From: Planctomycetota bacterium
Lineage (GTDB): Bacteria; Planctomycetota; PLA2; JAEUHO01
Direction: 5' to 3'
DNA: 64,000 bases
NCBI GenBank assembly: GCA_964228555.1
Contig: CAXQZU010000036.1
Span: 39,867 to 103,866, forward strand
Shown: one piece after another, positions 42,953 through 52,990 of the stretch
Position numbering within the stretch: position 1 is the first letter of the stretch
Layout: each line of letters opens with the position of its first letter
Program-made: the position numbers and the translations under genes
The notes under the pieces: model-generated
Seen by the model: only the letters and a program-made list of their open reading frames with translations
Told to the model about the DNA's origin: nothing
Database searches by the model: none

Positions 42953-45900
42953 CTAGCGCGCCGGGGGCGCGCCCGCGCCCTCGGGGGCGCCCCACTCCAC
43001 GGCCTGCAGCACCACCTGCCCGCCCATCTCCATGCGCAGGAGGCCGGCGCAGGGCACGGCCGGCGTGAACACGAGGCGGGCCTCCACGCCCTGCACCTCG
43101 AGCGTGACGGCCACGCCCTCGGCGCTGCTGCCTCCCACCTGCGCCGTGACGGTCTCGCTCGCGCGCAGCGTGCCCAGCGCGGCCAGCTGCTCCTTGAGCG
43201 CAGCCACCGGCAGCGTCGCGGGCAGGTCCAGCGCGAGGCCTGGCCCGGCCTCCAGCGTGCGCTCGAAGGTGGCGTTGCCCCCCTCCAGCGCGACCAGCAC
43301 CACCTTCACCACGCTGGCCTCGCCCTGCGCGGGCTGGCTGCGGTAGCGCACCCACTCGCCCACCCGGGCGTCGGCCAGCAGGCTCTCGCCCAGCAGGCGC
43401 GGCTCGGCCTTGGGTGCCGCCACGGGCGGCTTGGGCTCGGGCTGCGCCTCGGGAGGCGGGGCCTCGCCATAGCGTGCCTTGACCTGCTGCATCACCACCT
43501 CGAGGGCCTTGTCCAGCTGCGGGTCGCGGCCTGCGAGGCGGTCTTCGCTGGTCTCGGGCACGACAACGTCGGGCACGAAGCCGTTGTTCTCGAGGTTCTG
43601 GCCGTCGAGGCTGTACCAGCCCACGCGGGGGATGCGGAAGTTCGAGCCGTCGCTGAGCTTGACGTCGGTGGTGCCGATCACGCCACCGGGCGTGGGCATG
43701 CCCACCGTGGTGCCGAGGCCGCCCGCCCGGAAGGACCACGGGAACACTTCCGCGTCGCTGAAGGAGCGCTCGTTGACCAGCAGCACCACGGGCTTGTCCC
43801 AGTAGAGCTGCGGCTGCGTCATGCGCGGCGCGCCGCGCGGCTCCAGCCGCATGAAGGGCCGCGCCTGCAGGATGGCCATCAGCTGCACGTGGATGTTGCC
43901 GCCCCCGTTCTCGCGCACGTCCAGCACCATCCCCTGGTTGCGCGGGTCGGCGTTGAAGCGCGCCACGGCCTGCTGGAAGCGCACCAGGTTGTCCTGGTCC
44001 ATCTGGTCCAGCTGCACGTAGCCCACGCGACCCTGCGAGGCGTCCTTGGTGCGGGCCTCGTTGCGCACGCGCCACTGCTCGAAGTGCGCTCGTGCCAGCG
44101 CCGGGGCGGCCACGGCCCGCACCGCCACCTCCCTCTCGGCCTCGCCCTCCACCAGCGTCACCTTGACCTCCTTGCCGGCCATGCCTGCCAGCACGCGGTC
44201 GAGGTCGACGCCCGGCGCGAGCGGGATCCCCTGCACGACGCGCACGCGCGCGCCGGCCTTGAGGCCCGCCTTCTCCGCGGGACCGCCCGCCAGCACGCTG
44301 GCGACGAGGCGCGTGTCCGCGCCCGGCTCCAGCGCCAGCTCCATGCCCAGCACGCCCGTGGCGGGGCCACGCCCCGCGCTGGGGGCACCCTCGTCGCCGC
44401 CCCCGGGCGAGATGCCCAGGTGGCTGGCGCCCAGCTCCGCGAGCATCTGGTTGACGATGTTGTAGAAGGTGTCCTTGTTCTCGGCGTCCGCCGCCATGTC
44501 ACGGTACCTGGTGCGCACGGCATCCCAGTCCACCCCGTGCATGGCCGGGTCGTAGAAGCCTTCCTTGAGGCGCTTCCACGCCTCGTCGAAGAGCTGCGCC
44601 AGCTCCTCGCGCCGGTCCACCTCGACGCGGCCCAGGAAGGGCACGCGCTCGCCCACCAGCACGCCCTGCGGCGCGGGCAGGCGCCAGATGCCGGCCTGCC
44701 CCTCGCGCGTGGCATGGAAGTAGATCCATCCACCCGAGCGCGTCCAGCAAGCCACCTGCCCGTCGCGCGAGAGCTGCATGGCCGGGCCGCCGGCGGCCGA
44801 GACCACGAACAGGCCGCCGCTCTGGCCGCTGTCGGGCTGGAAGGCCTCGAAGGCGATCATGCTGCCGTCCGGCGACCACGCGGGCACCTGGAAGAAGCCG
44901 CTGCCCTGCGTCACGCGCCGGGCCGGGCCGCCCTCGGCCGGCATCACGTAGATGGCCTGCCCGCCGTCGCGCCCGCTGTCGAAGGCGATGGAGCGCCCGT
45001 CGGGCGACCAGGACGGGTCGTCGTCGGCCGCGGGGTGGTTGGTGAGCTGGGCCTCCTTGCCGCTGGCCAGGTCCACCGCCCAGATGTCGCGGTTGCCGCT
45101 GCGCTCGCTGGAGAAGGCGATGCGCGTGCCGTCGGGCGACCAGCACTGGAAGAAGTCGTCGGCCTTGTGCTTGGTCACCTGCGCCGTCCGGCCGCTGGCG
45201 AGGTCCAGCACGTACACGTCGCTCTGCCCGCCCACCGTCACGCTGTAGGCGAGGCGCCGGCCGTCAGGGCTGAAGCGCGGCCACTGCTCCTCCTCGGCCG
45301 TGCTGGTGATGCGCCGGCCCGCGCCGCCTCCGCCCGGCATCAGCCACAGGTCGCCGTGCAGCGCGAAGGCCACCTGCGTGCCGTCGCGCGAGACGTCCAC
45401 CTGCTCGCCGCCCTGCGTGATGGTGCGCACGTCGATGCCGCTGCCGCGCTCGTCGGCCTGCACCACGAGCGGCAGCTCGCGCAGCGGCTCGCCCGGGGAC
45501 TCCAGCGAGAGCACGCAGAGGCGTCCGCCGCGCTCGACGGCCACGCGCTTGCGCGCGGCGTCCGGGAGCATGCGCTGCAGGTCCGCGCCCGCGAGCCGCG
45601 TCACCTGCTCCCTCTCGCCACCCGCCGCCGGCATGCGCCAGAGGTTGGCCACGCCCTGCTCCTCGGCGAGGAACCACAGCGAGGCCCCGTCGGCCGAGAG
45701 GAAGGGCCAGCGCTCGTTGCCCGGGGTCGAGGTGAGGCGCCGCGGCGTGCCGCCCTCGCGGTCCACCTCGTAGAGGTCGTAGCTGGCCGAGCCGCGGTAG
45801 TTGTCCTGGTAGATCGTGTTGAAGCCGCGGGCGTAGACGATGCGCCGGCCGTCGGCCGAGTAGGTGCCGTCGCGACCGCCGTCGCGCGTGATGCGCCGCG

Positions 45901-46384
45901 GCGTGCCGCCCGCCACGGGCACCTCGTAGAGGTCCATCTGCCACAGGCTGGGCTCGCGGTTCGAGAGGAAGAGCAGGTGCGTGCCCTCGGGCGACCAGTC
46001 GCAGAGCAGCTCCAGCGCGCTGTGGAAGGTCACCTGGCGGGGCGGGCCGCCCTCGATGGACACGACGTAGAGGTCGAAGCCGCCGTTTCGCCGGCTGCTG
46101 AAGGCCACCTGCGTGCCGTCGGGGCTGACGCGCGCCAGCGTGTCCTGCGCCTCGTGCACGGTGAGGCGATCGGCATGGCCGCTGCCGTCCAGCGCCATCT
46201 TCCAGATGTCGCCGCGGTAGTCGAACACCACCCAGCGCCCGTCGGGCGAGAGGCTGGGGTAGCGCAGCCCCTGCGTGGGCGCGGGCGCGTCGGCCGCCTC
46301 GGCCCGCGCCAGCCCCCCGCCGGGCAGCAGGCAGGCGAGCGCGAGCAGGACGGCGAGCGGGGCGACGGGCAGGGTGCGGCGCAT
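42953..46384 (-). CDS. Tricorn protease homolog (TolB-like beta-propellers + PDZ + S41 peptidase domain, 1143 aa)
   Basis: Signal peptide MRRTLPVAPLAVLLALACLL. Repeated SPDG..(I/V)AF...(D/N)(I/L)(W/Y) blades (YPSLSPDGRWVVFDYRGDIWKM; FSPDGRRLAYS...DVYVLD; WSPDGTRIAFSSERSGNRDIWAV), a PDZ-like segment, and DVRENGGGN...LVNERSFSDAEVF, which is an S41 nucleophile-type motif. Confidence 0.8.
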   Translation of the reverse strand: MRRTLPVAPLAVLLALACLLPGGGLARAEAADAPAPTQGLRYPSLSPDGRWVVFDYRGDIWKMALDGSGHADRLTVHEAQDTLARVSPDGTQVAFSSRRNGGFDLYVVSIEGGPPRQVTFHSALELLCDWSPEGTHLLFLSNREPSLWQMDLYEVPVAGGTPRRITRDGGRDGTYSADGRRIVYARGFNTIYQDNYRGSASYDLYEVDREGGTPRRLTSTPGNERWPFLSADGASLWFLAEEQGVANLWRMPAAGGEREQVTRLAGADLQRMLPDAARKRVAVERGGRLCVLSLESPGEPLRELPLVVQADERGSGIDVRTITQGGEQVDVSRDGTQVAFALHGDLWLMPGGGGAGRRITSTAEEEQWPRFSPDGRRLAYSVTVGGQSDVYVLDLASGRTAQVTKHKADDFFQCWSPDGTRIAFSSERSGNRDIWAVDLASGKEAQLTNHPAADDDPSWSPDGRSIAFDSGRDGGQAIYVMPAEGGPARRVTQGSGFFQVPAWSPDGSMIAFEAFQPDSGQSGGLFVVSAAGGPAMQLSRDGQVACWTRSGGWIYFHATREGQAGIWRLPAPQGVLVGERVPFLGRVEVDRREELAQLFDEAWKRLKEGFYDPAMHGVDWDAVRTRYRDMAADAENKDTFYNIVNQMLAELGASHLGISPGGGDEGAPSAGRGPATGVLGMELALEPGADTRLVASVLAGGPAEKAGLKAGARVRVVQGIPLAPGVDLDRVLAGMAGKEVKVTLVEGEAEREVAVRAVAAPALARAHFEQWRVRNEARTKDASQGRVGYVQLDQMDQDNLVRFQQAVARFNADPRNQGMVLDVRENGGGNIHVQLMAILQARPFMRLEPRGAPRMTQPQLYWDKPVVLLVNERSFSDAEVFPWSFRAGGLGTTVGMPTPGGVIGTTDVKLSDGSNFRIPRVGWYSLDGQNLENNGFVPDVVVPETSEDRLAGRDPQLDKALEVVMQQVKARYGEAPPPEAQPEPKPPVAAPKAEPRLLGESLLADARVGEWVRYRSQPAQGEASVVKVVLVALEGGNATFERTLEAGPGLALDLPATLPVAALKEQLAALGTLRASETVTAQVGGSSAEGVAVTLEVQGVEARLVFTPAVPCAGLLRMEMGGQVVLQAVEWGAPEGAGAPPAR

Positions 46385-46475
46385 GGCGGCTCCAGGCGGG
46401 CGGCGCGGGGCACCGCGGGGAGCCGCATCCTACGGGAGGGCCGGTCGCGGGGGAATGCGCCGCGCGCCGGCCGCG

Positions 46476-47879
46476 CTAGGAGCGCTCCTTCTGCTTCTGC
46501 GCGACCTGCGCGAGGAACTCCTCGTTGGTGCGTGTCTGCTCGAGGCGCTCGCCCAGCAGCTCCATCGCCTGCACGGGGGCCACGCGGTTGAGCACGCGCC
46601 GCAAGAGGTAGATGCGGTCGAGCAGCTCCCGCGGGAGCAGCTTCTCCTCCTTGCGCGTGCCGCTCCTGTTCACGTCGATGGCCGGCCAGATGCGCTGCTC
46701 GGCCAGGTCGCGGTCCAGCACCAGCTCCATGTTGCCGGTGCCCTTGAACTCCTCGAAGATCACCTGGTCGAGCCGGCTGCCCGTGTCGATGAGCGCCGTG
46801 GCCACGATGGTGAGCGAGCCGCCCCCCTCGATCTTGCGCGCGCCGCCGAAGAAGGCCTTGGGCTTCTCCAGCGTGCGCGAGTCCATGCCGCCCGAGAGCG
46901 TGCGCCCGCCGCCCTTGGCCAGCAGGTTGTAGGCGCGGCCCAGGCGCGTGAGCGAGTCCATCAGCACCACGACGTCCCGGCCGGCCTCCACGAGGCGGCG
47001 CGCCTTCTTGAGGATCACCTCGGTCAGGTGCGTGTGGCTCTCGGGCGTGCGGTCGTTGGTGGACACGGCCACCTCGCCCTGCGTGCCGCGGCGCATGAAG
47101 GTGGCTTCCTCGGGCCGCTCGTCCACGAGCAGCACGATCAGGTACACCTCGGGGTAGTCGCGCTCGATGGCCTGCGCCAGCTTCTGCAGCACGGTGGTCT
47201 TGCCGGCCCGCGGCGGCGACACGAGCAGGCCGCGCTGGCCGAAGCCGATGGGGCAGAGCATGTCCACGATGCGCAGCGTGAGGTCGCTGCTGCTCGCGGT
47301 GAGGCGGATGCGCTCCTCCGGGTCGATCACCGTGAGGTCGTCCCAGGCCGGCAGGGCCCGGTAGGCATGCGGGGCCACGCCCCCGATGCACGTGGGCCGC
47401 AGCATCACGGGGTTCTGGCCGGGCCGCTGCGGCGGGCCCACCTCGCCGGCCAGCAGGCAGCCGTCGCGCATGCCGTACTCGCGCACCATCCGCGAGGGCA
47501 CGTAGGGATCGTCCGGCGAGGGCTCGTAGCCGCTGGCCGGGTTGCGCACGAAGCCGTGGCCCTCGCGCGCGAGCTCCAGCACGCCCATCTGGTAGAGCTC
47601 CGCCATCGTGGGCGGGGTGAACGGATGCTCGGGCAGCGGCTCCTGCAGCGCCACGCCGCCGGCCACCTGCTCGAGGGTCATGCCGCGCTCGGGGTCGTAG
47701 GACCCCGGGGCCGGCGTGGGCGCGCCGCCGCGCCCGCCACGGCCACCGTGCCCGCCCTGCGGCGGCATGCCGGATCCGGGCCCGCCCCCGCCACCGAAGC
47801 CACCGCCCCGGTGCCGGTTGCGACCGCCGCGGCGCCGCCCTCGACGACGGCCACCACCCCTGCCTTGCTCGAACATCAT
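46476..47879 (-). CDS. rho: Transcription termination factor Rho, with an Arg/Gly-rich N-terminal insertion
   Basis: GLLVSPPRAGKTTVLQKLAQAI (Walker A)...VVLMDSLTRLGRAYN...TALIDTGSRLDQVIFEEFKGTGNMELVLDR is the canonical Rho core. The N-terminal about 60 aa are RGGGRRRGRRRGGRNRHRGGGFGGGGGPGSG. The start is the tandem MM at 47877-79, with GGAGG 7 nt upstream. Confidence 0.9.
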   Translation of the reverse strand: MMFEQGRGGGRRRGRRRGGRNRHRGGGFGGGGGPGSGMPPQGGHGGRGGRGGAPTPAPGSYDPERGMTLEQVAGGVALQEPLPEHPFTPPTMAELYQMGVLELAREGHGFVRNPASGYEPSPDDPYVPSRMVREYGMRDGCLLAGEVGPPQRPGQNPVMLRPTCIGGVAPHAYRALPAWDDLTVIDPEERIRLTASSSDLTLRIVDMLCPIGFGQRGLLVSPPRAGKTTVLQKLAQAIERDYPEVYLIVLLVDERPEEATFMRRGTQGEVAVSTNDRTPESHTHLTEVILKKARRLVEAGRDVVVLMDSLTRLGRAYNLLAKGGGRTLSGGMDSRTLEKPKAFFGGARKIEGGGSLTIVATALIDTGSRLDQVIFEEFKGTGNMELVLDRDLAEQRIWPAIDVNRSGTRKEEKLLPRELLDRIYLLRRVLNRVAPVQAMELLGERLEQTRTNEEFLAQVAQKQKERS

Positions 47880-48182
47880 CCAGCCTCCAGCCCGCCTCGT
47901 CCCACGGTTCACCGCAGGGTGGGCAAGGCCCGGGATCCACGCACGTCTCACAGGGCGCGCCGCACCTGCAGCAGGCCCCGGACCCGCTGCTGGCGCCCGC
48001 GCTTGCGGGGCGGCCGGCCGGGCCCACGGGACGTGGAGGCTGTGCAGGGTCGCACTGGTGCGCCGGCTGGGATCCCGGGGGGCCGGGCCCTGCTCGTTCA
48101 CGGCTTGGCGCCACACCGCTTGCGCGGGGCTTGCCCAGCCACCCTGGACGCCATCCTCGACGTCCCAACGCGTTGCATCCTA

Positions 48183-48196
48183 CCCCCCCGGGGGGG
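48183..48196. promoter_or_regulatory. Perfect C7G7 palindrome in the rho-tig divergent region
   Basis: CCCCCCCGGGGGGG lies about 100 nt upstream of the tig ATG, within a 419-bp intergenic region that also carries the long rho leader. Confidence 0.2.
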
Positions 48197-48298
48197 CCTG
48201 CCAAGGAACAAGGCTGCGAGGGCCTGCCGAGGCGCCTTCCCTCGCCACCCACGGCCCGCGGGGCTACCCTCGCCCGCCTTCCCCACGGGTCACCCGCC

Positions 48299-49600
48299 AT
48301 GGACTTCACCTTCGACATCAAGGCCCTTGCCCCCTGCCGCAAGCAGATCGGGGTCACCATCCCCGGCGAGCAGGTGCGCGCCGAGTACGACCGCCAGTAC
48401 GGGGAGCTCAACCGGCAGCTGGCCATGCCCGGGTTCCGCAAGGGCCACGCGCCGCGCAAGATGCTGGAGAAGCGCTTCGGGACCGCGATGGTGGGCGAGG
48501 TCAAGGAGTCGCTGGTGCGCGCCGCGCTCGAGCAGCTGGTGCGCAACCACAAGGTGGAGCCCATGGCCCCGCCCTCCATCGACCTGCACGCGCTCGCGCT
48601 GGACCCGGCCAAGGACCTGCGCTTCGAGTTCGAGCTGGCCACGCGCCCCGAGTTCGAGACCCCGTCCTGGCAGGGCCTGCCCCTGGAGCTGCCCGCCGTG
48701 AACGTGGCCGAGGAGGACGTGGACAAGGCGGTGGACTCGGTGCGCCGCCGCGCCGCGCGCCTCGAGCCGGCGCCCGACGCGGCCATCGCCGAGGGCGACG
48801 TGCTGGTGATCGACTGGAAGGCGAGCGAGGGCGAGGCCGTGCTGGCCGAGGACAAGGGCGTGTGGCACCCCTACGGCCGCGGCGCCGTGGCGGGCTTCGT
48901 GGCCGCCGAGGTGGAGCAGGCCCTGCTGGGCAAGAAGGCCCCGGCCGAGGCCCGCGGCCAGGTGACGGCGGACGCCGACGACCCGCGCGAGGGACTGCGC
49001 GGCAAGGCGCTCTCGCTGGAGGTCCAGGTGCACGAGGTGCGCCGGCCCGTGCTGCCCGAGGTGGACGAGGCCTTCCTCAAGAAGATGGACTACGACGACG
49101 TGGCCGAGATGCGCGCCGACCTCAAGCGCCAGCTGACGCGGGCCAAGGTGCGCGAGCGCGACGAGGCCGCCGAGGACGGGCTGGTCGACACCGTGGTGGG
49201 CTCGGCCCGCATCGACCTGCCCGCCGACCTGCTCGACCAGGAGCTGGAGTCGTGGGCCGCACGCCGCCGCATGGAGCTGGAGCAAGAGGGCACCACGGAC
49301 GCCGCCCGCCTCGACGCGCAGGTGGCCGAGGGCCGCGCGGGAGCGCGCGAGCGCATCGCTGCCGAGCTCAAGCGCTTCTTCGTGCTGGACCGCATCGCGC
49401 GCGATGCGGGCCTCGCCGTGGGCGACCAGGAGGTGGCGCAGGCCCTCTCGGAGATCGCGCAGGCCTATGGCCGCCCGGTCGAGGAGGTGCTGGCCGCGTA
49501 CCGCCAGGGCGGCCGCATCGAGGAGCTGCGCACGCAGCTGCGCCACCGCAAGGTGCGCGAGGAGATCCGGCGCACGGCCAAGGTGTCCGAGAAGGCCTAG
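48299..49600 (+). CDS. tig: Trigger factor
   Basis: MDFTFDIKALAPCRKQIGVTIPGEQVRAEYDRQYGELNRQLAMPGFRKGHAPRKMLEKRFG is the trigger-factor N-terminal ribosome-binding domain with a GFRxGxxP signature. Its position upstream of clpP-clpX is the conserved one. Confidence 0.9.
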   Translation: MDFTFDIKALAPCRKQIGVTIPGEQVRAEYDRQYGELNRQLAMPGFRKGHAPRKMLEKRFGTAMVGEVKESLVRAALEQLVRNHKVEPMAPPSIDLHALALDPAKDLRFEFELATRPEFETPSWQGLPLELPAVNVAEEDVDKAVDSVRRRAARLEPAPDAAIAEGDVLVIDWKASEGEAVLAEDKGVWHPYGRGAVAGFVAAEVEQALLGKKAPAEARGQVTADADDPREGLRGKALSLEVQVHEVRRPVLPEVDEAFLKKMDYDDVAEMRADLKRQLTRAKVRERDEAAEDGLVDTVVGSARIDLPADLLDQELESWAARRRMELEQEGTTDAARLDAQVAEGRAGARERIAAELKRFFVLDRIARDAGLAVGDQEVAQALSEIAQAYGRPVEEVLAAYRQGGRIEELRTQLRHRKVREEIRRTAKVSEKA

Positions 49601-49664
49601 CCAGCCGGCCCCGCGCCACCCCACGCCGCCGCCCTGCCCGCCGGGCGGGCGACCCGGTGGCAGC

Positions 49665-49688
49665 GCCCGGGCGGTGACACGCCCGGGC
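49665..49688. terminator. 9-6-9 inverted repeat GCCCGGGCG-gtgaca-CGCCCGGGC between tig and clpP
   Basis: Perfect 9-bp stem with a 6-nt loop, 65 nt after the tig stop and about 40 nt before the clpP ATG. It could be a tig terminator or attenuator, or an operator for clpP. Confidence 0.35.
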
Positions 49689-49729
49689 CCTGCGCCCGCG
49701 CTACCCTTCCCGCCTGCCCGGAGGACCGC

Positions 49730-50434
49730 ATGAGCCGACCCGACCAGCCCCTGCCCGAGAGCCTGCGCACGCTGATGGAGGGCCCCGGCGCCCCCGCCAG
49801 CCCGCTGGCCTACATCCCCAACCCCACCATCATCGAGCGCACGGGGCGCGGCGAGCGGGCCTACGACATCTGGAGCCGGCTGCTCGAGGACCGCATCATC
49901 TTCCTGGGCACGCCGATCAACGACACGGTGGCCAACTTCCTCATCGGCCAGCTGCTCTACCTGCAGAAGGCCGACCGCACGCGCGACGTGCACCTCTACA
50001 TCAACAGCCCCGGCGGCAGCATCTCCGCGGGCCTCGCCGTCTACGACACCATCCAGTACATCTCGTGCCCCGTGGAGACGGTGTGCATCGGCATGGCCGC
50101 CAGCATGGCCGCCATCCTGCTGGCCGCCGGCGCGCCGGGCAAGCGCTACGCGCTGCCCAACTCGCGCATCATGATCCACCAGCCGTGGGGCGGCGCCCAG
50201 GGCACGGCCGCCGACATCGAGATCCAGGCCGAGGAGATCCTGCGCGCGCGCGAGATCCTCAACGGCGTGCTCAGCAAGCACACCGGCCGCCCGCTGACGC
50301 AGATCGAGCACGACACCGAGCGCGACAAGTACCTGAGCGCCCAGGAGGCCCGCGAGTACGGGATCATCGACGAGGTCGTGTCCTCGATGAAGAAGGGCAC
50401 GGCGGGCCCCGCCGCGCCCCTCGTGGGCCGCTAG
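49730..50434 (+). CDS. clpP: ATP-dependent Clp protease proteolytic subunit
   Basis: ...[23 protein letters not shown]...[23 protein letters not shown]...[14 protein letters not shown]...IMIHQPWGG is the ClpP Ser-His-Asp core. GGAGGAC lies 6 nt upstream. Confidence 0.95.
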   Translation: MSRPDQPLPESLRTLMEGPGAPASPLAYIPNPTIIERTGRGERAYDIWSRLLEDRIIFLGTPINDTVANFLIGQLLYLQKADRTRDVHLYINSPGGSISAGLAVYDTIQYISCPVETVCIGMAASMAAILLAAGAPGKRYALPNSRIMIHQPWGGAQGTAADIEIQAEEILRAREILNGVLSKHTGRPLTQIEHDTERDKYLSAQEAREYGIIDEVVSSMKKGTAGPAAPLVGR

Positions 50435-50549
50435 GCGGCGCCACCCGCCCGGCCCTGCCCGGCGAGGGGGTCGCACCCGCCGGCGCTGCTAGTCTTGCCA
50501 CCCTTGGCGCGGTGCGTGTGCACCGGGCCTGCTTGCGGAGACCCCACGC

Positions 50550-51845
50550 GTGACGCAGCGCCGCGGACCCGTGGAGAAATGCACCTTCTGCAGCAAGGGG
50601 CGCTCGGCGGTCGAGAACCTGATCGCGGGCCCGCCCGGCATCAACATCTGCAACGAGTGCGTCGAGCTCTGCAACACGATCCTGCTGGAGGAGCTCAAGC
50701 GCTCGGGCCGTCCCCCGCGCAAGAAGAAGCGCGAGCGCCCGGCCGGGGCCGGCCTGCGCGAGGAAGGCGCCCTGCGCACGCCGCGCGAGATCATGGCGCA
50801 CCTCGACCAGTACGTGGTGGGCCAGGAGCGCGCCAAGAAGGTCCTCTCGGTGGCGGTCTACAACCACTACCGGCGCGTGTTCCGCGGCACCGAGGGCGAG
50901 GTCGAGATCGACAAGAGCAACATCCTGCTGCTGGGCCCCACGGGCAGCGGCAAGACCCTGCTGGCACGCACGCTGGCGCGCCTGCTGGACGTGCCCTTCG
51001 CCATCGCCGACGCCACCACGCTGACCGAGGCCGGCTACGTGGGCGAGGATGTCGAGAACATCCTGCTCAAGCTGCTGCAGGCCGCCGACTTCAACCGCGA
51101 GCGGGCCGAGCTCGGCATCGTCTACATCGACGAGATCGACAAGATCAACCGCACCACCCAGAATCCCTCGATCACGCGCGACGTGAGCGGCGAGGGCGTG
51201 CAACAGGCGCTGCTCAAGATCATGGAAGGCACGGTGGCCAACGTGCCGCCGCAGGGGGGCCGCAAGCATCCCGAGCAGCAGTACATCCAGATGGACACGG
51301 AGAACATCCTGTTCATCTGCGGCGGCACCTTCTCGGGCCTCGAGGAGATCATCGCGCGGCGCCTGGGCCGCAGCCTGATCGGCTTCGGCCGCGAGGGCGG
51401 GGCGCCCGACCGGGCCGACGTGCTGGAGCGCGCGCGGGTGCTGCGCCATGCCGAGCCGCACGACCTGATCAACTTCGGCATGATCCCCGAGTTCATCGGG
51501 CGCCTGCCGGTGCTGGCCACGCTGGACCCGCTCACGAAGGACGACCTCGTCCGCGTCATGACCGAGCCGAAGAACGCGCTCAGCAAGCAGTACCAGGAGC
51601 TGTTCGCGATGGACGGCGGCACGCTGGAGTTCGAGCCCGCTGCGCTGGAAGCGATTGCCGAGAAGGCCATGCAGCGCGAGACCGGCGTGCGCGCCCTGCG
51701 CTCGATCTTCGAGGAGCTGGTGCTGGACCAGGTCTTCGACCTGCCCGAGACCGAGCAGGGCACGGTGTTCCGCATCACGCGGGCTGCCGTCGAGGGCCGC
51801 GAGCCGGTGGAGCGCATCGCGCGCCGCCGCAAGACGGGCACCTAG
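50550..51845 (+). CDS. clpX: ATP-dependent Clp protease ATP-binding subunit ClpX
   Basis: N-terminal Zn-binding CTFCSK...ICNECVEL, then [45 protein letters not shown]...[10 protein letters not shown]. The start is apparently a GTG at 50550. Confidence 0.93.
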   Translation: MTQRRGPVEKCTFCSKGRSAVENLIAGPPGINICNECVELCNTILLEELKRSGRPPRKKKRERPAGAGLREEGALRTPREIMAHLDQYVVGQERAKKVLSVAVYNHYRRVFRGTEGEVEIDKSNILLLGPTGSGKTLLARTLARLLDVPFAIADATTLTEAGYVGEDVENILLKLLQAADFNRERAELGIVYIDEIDKINRTTQNPSITRDVSGEGVQQALLKIMEGTVANVPPQGGRKHPEQQYIQMDTENILFICGGTFSGLEEIIARRLGRSLIGFGREGGAPDRADVLERARVLRHAEPHDLINFGMIPEFIGRLPVLATLDPLTKDDLVRVMTEPKNALSKQYQELFAMDGGTLEFEPAALEAIAEKAMQRETGVRALRSIFEELVLDQVFDLPETEQGTVFRITRAAVEGREPVERIARRRKTGT

Positions 51846-51851
51846 GCCGCC

Positions 51852-52940
51852 ATGGACGCGGCCGCCCCTGCAGGGGCCCCCGCCCCCGCCGGGGCGCCGC
51901 CCCCCGCGCTGGCGGGACTGTCCTGCGAGGCGCTCGAGGCGCTGGTGGCCGGGGCGGGCGCGCCGCGCTTCCGGGCCGACCAGCTGTGGCGCGCGCTGTG
52001 GCAGCAGGGGGCGGCGTGCTGGGACGACGTGCACGTGCTGCCCGCGGCCTTGCGCGAGCAGCTGGCCGCGCGCGTGGCCTTCGCGGCCACCGCGGTCGTG
52101 GAGCGGCAGGATGCGGCCGATGGCACCACCAAGTGGCTGCTGGGCCTGCACGACGGCAAGCGCATCGAGACGGTGCTGATCCCCGACGACGGGCGGGCCA
52201 CGGTGTGCGTGTCCACGCAGGTGGGCTGCCCCATCGGCTGCACCTTCTGCGCCTCCGGCGTGGCCGGCGTGCTGCGCAACCTCTCGGTGGCCGAGATCGC
52301 CGAGCAGGTCCTGCACGTGCAGCGCCACCTCGGGCGGCGGCCCAGCCACGTGGTGGTGATGGGCATGGGCGAGCCACTGCTCAACCTCGAGGCGCTGGCC
52401 CCCGCCATCCGGCTGTGGACCGACGCGCGCGGGATGGCCTTCTCGCCGCGGCGCATCACGGTGAGCACCGCGGCCACGCCGGCAGGCATCGACCGGCTGG
52501 CCGCCGAGGGGCTGGGCGTGCAGCTGGCCGTCTCGCTGCACGGGCCCGACGACGCGGTGCGCCGGCGCCTCGTGCCCGGCAGCCCCGAGGGCCGCGTCCG
52601 GGGCCTGGTGGACGCCGCTGCGCGCTATGCGCGCGACACGGGACGCGACGCCACCGCGGAGTACGTGCTGATCGCCGGCCAGAACGACGCTCCCGAGCAC
52701 GCCGAGTCCCTGGCTGGCGCGTTGCGCGGACGGCACGTGCACGTCAACCTGATCCCGCTCAACCCGGTCGCGCACCGGCCGGAGCTCTCCGCGCCCGCCG
52801 CGCCCGTGGCGCGCGCCTTCGTGGAGGTGCTGCGCGCGCATGGCGTGTCGGCCACCCTGCGCACCCGCCGTGGCGACGACATCGCCGCCGCCTGCGGCCA
52901 GCTGGCGCTGGAGCGCGCGCTGGGCGGCAACCCGCGCTAG
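51852..52940 (+). CDS. rlmN: 23S rRNA (adenine2503-C2)-methyltransferase / tRNA m2A37 methyltransferase (radical SAM)
   Basis: ...TVCVSTQVGCPIGCTFCASG (CxxxCxxC radical-SAM cluster)...VVMGMGEPLLN...HVNLIPLNPV matches RlmN. Confidence 0.85.
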   Translation: MDAAAPAGAPAPAGAPPPALAGLSCEALEALVAGAGAPRFRADQLWRALWQQGAACWDDVHVLPAALREQLAARVAFAATAVVERQDAADGTTKWLLGLHDGKRIETVLIPDDGRATVCVSTQVGCPIGCTFCASGVAGVLRNLSVAEIAEQVLHVQRHLGRRPSHVVVMGMGEPLLNLEALAPAIRLWTDARGMAFSPRRITVSTAATPAGIDRLAAEGLGVQLAVSLHGPDDAVRRRLVPGSPEGRVRGLVDAAARYARDTGRDATAEYVLIAGQNDAPEHAESLAGALRGRHVHVNLIPLNPVAHRPELSAPAAPVARAFVEVLRAHGVSATLRTRRGDDIAAACGQLALERALGGNPR

Positions 52941-52990
52941 CAGGCCCGCCCGGGGTGGCCTTGGAGCCCCCGGCGCGGCATGATGCGCGC

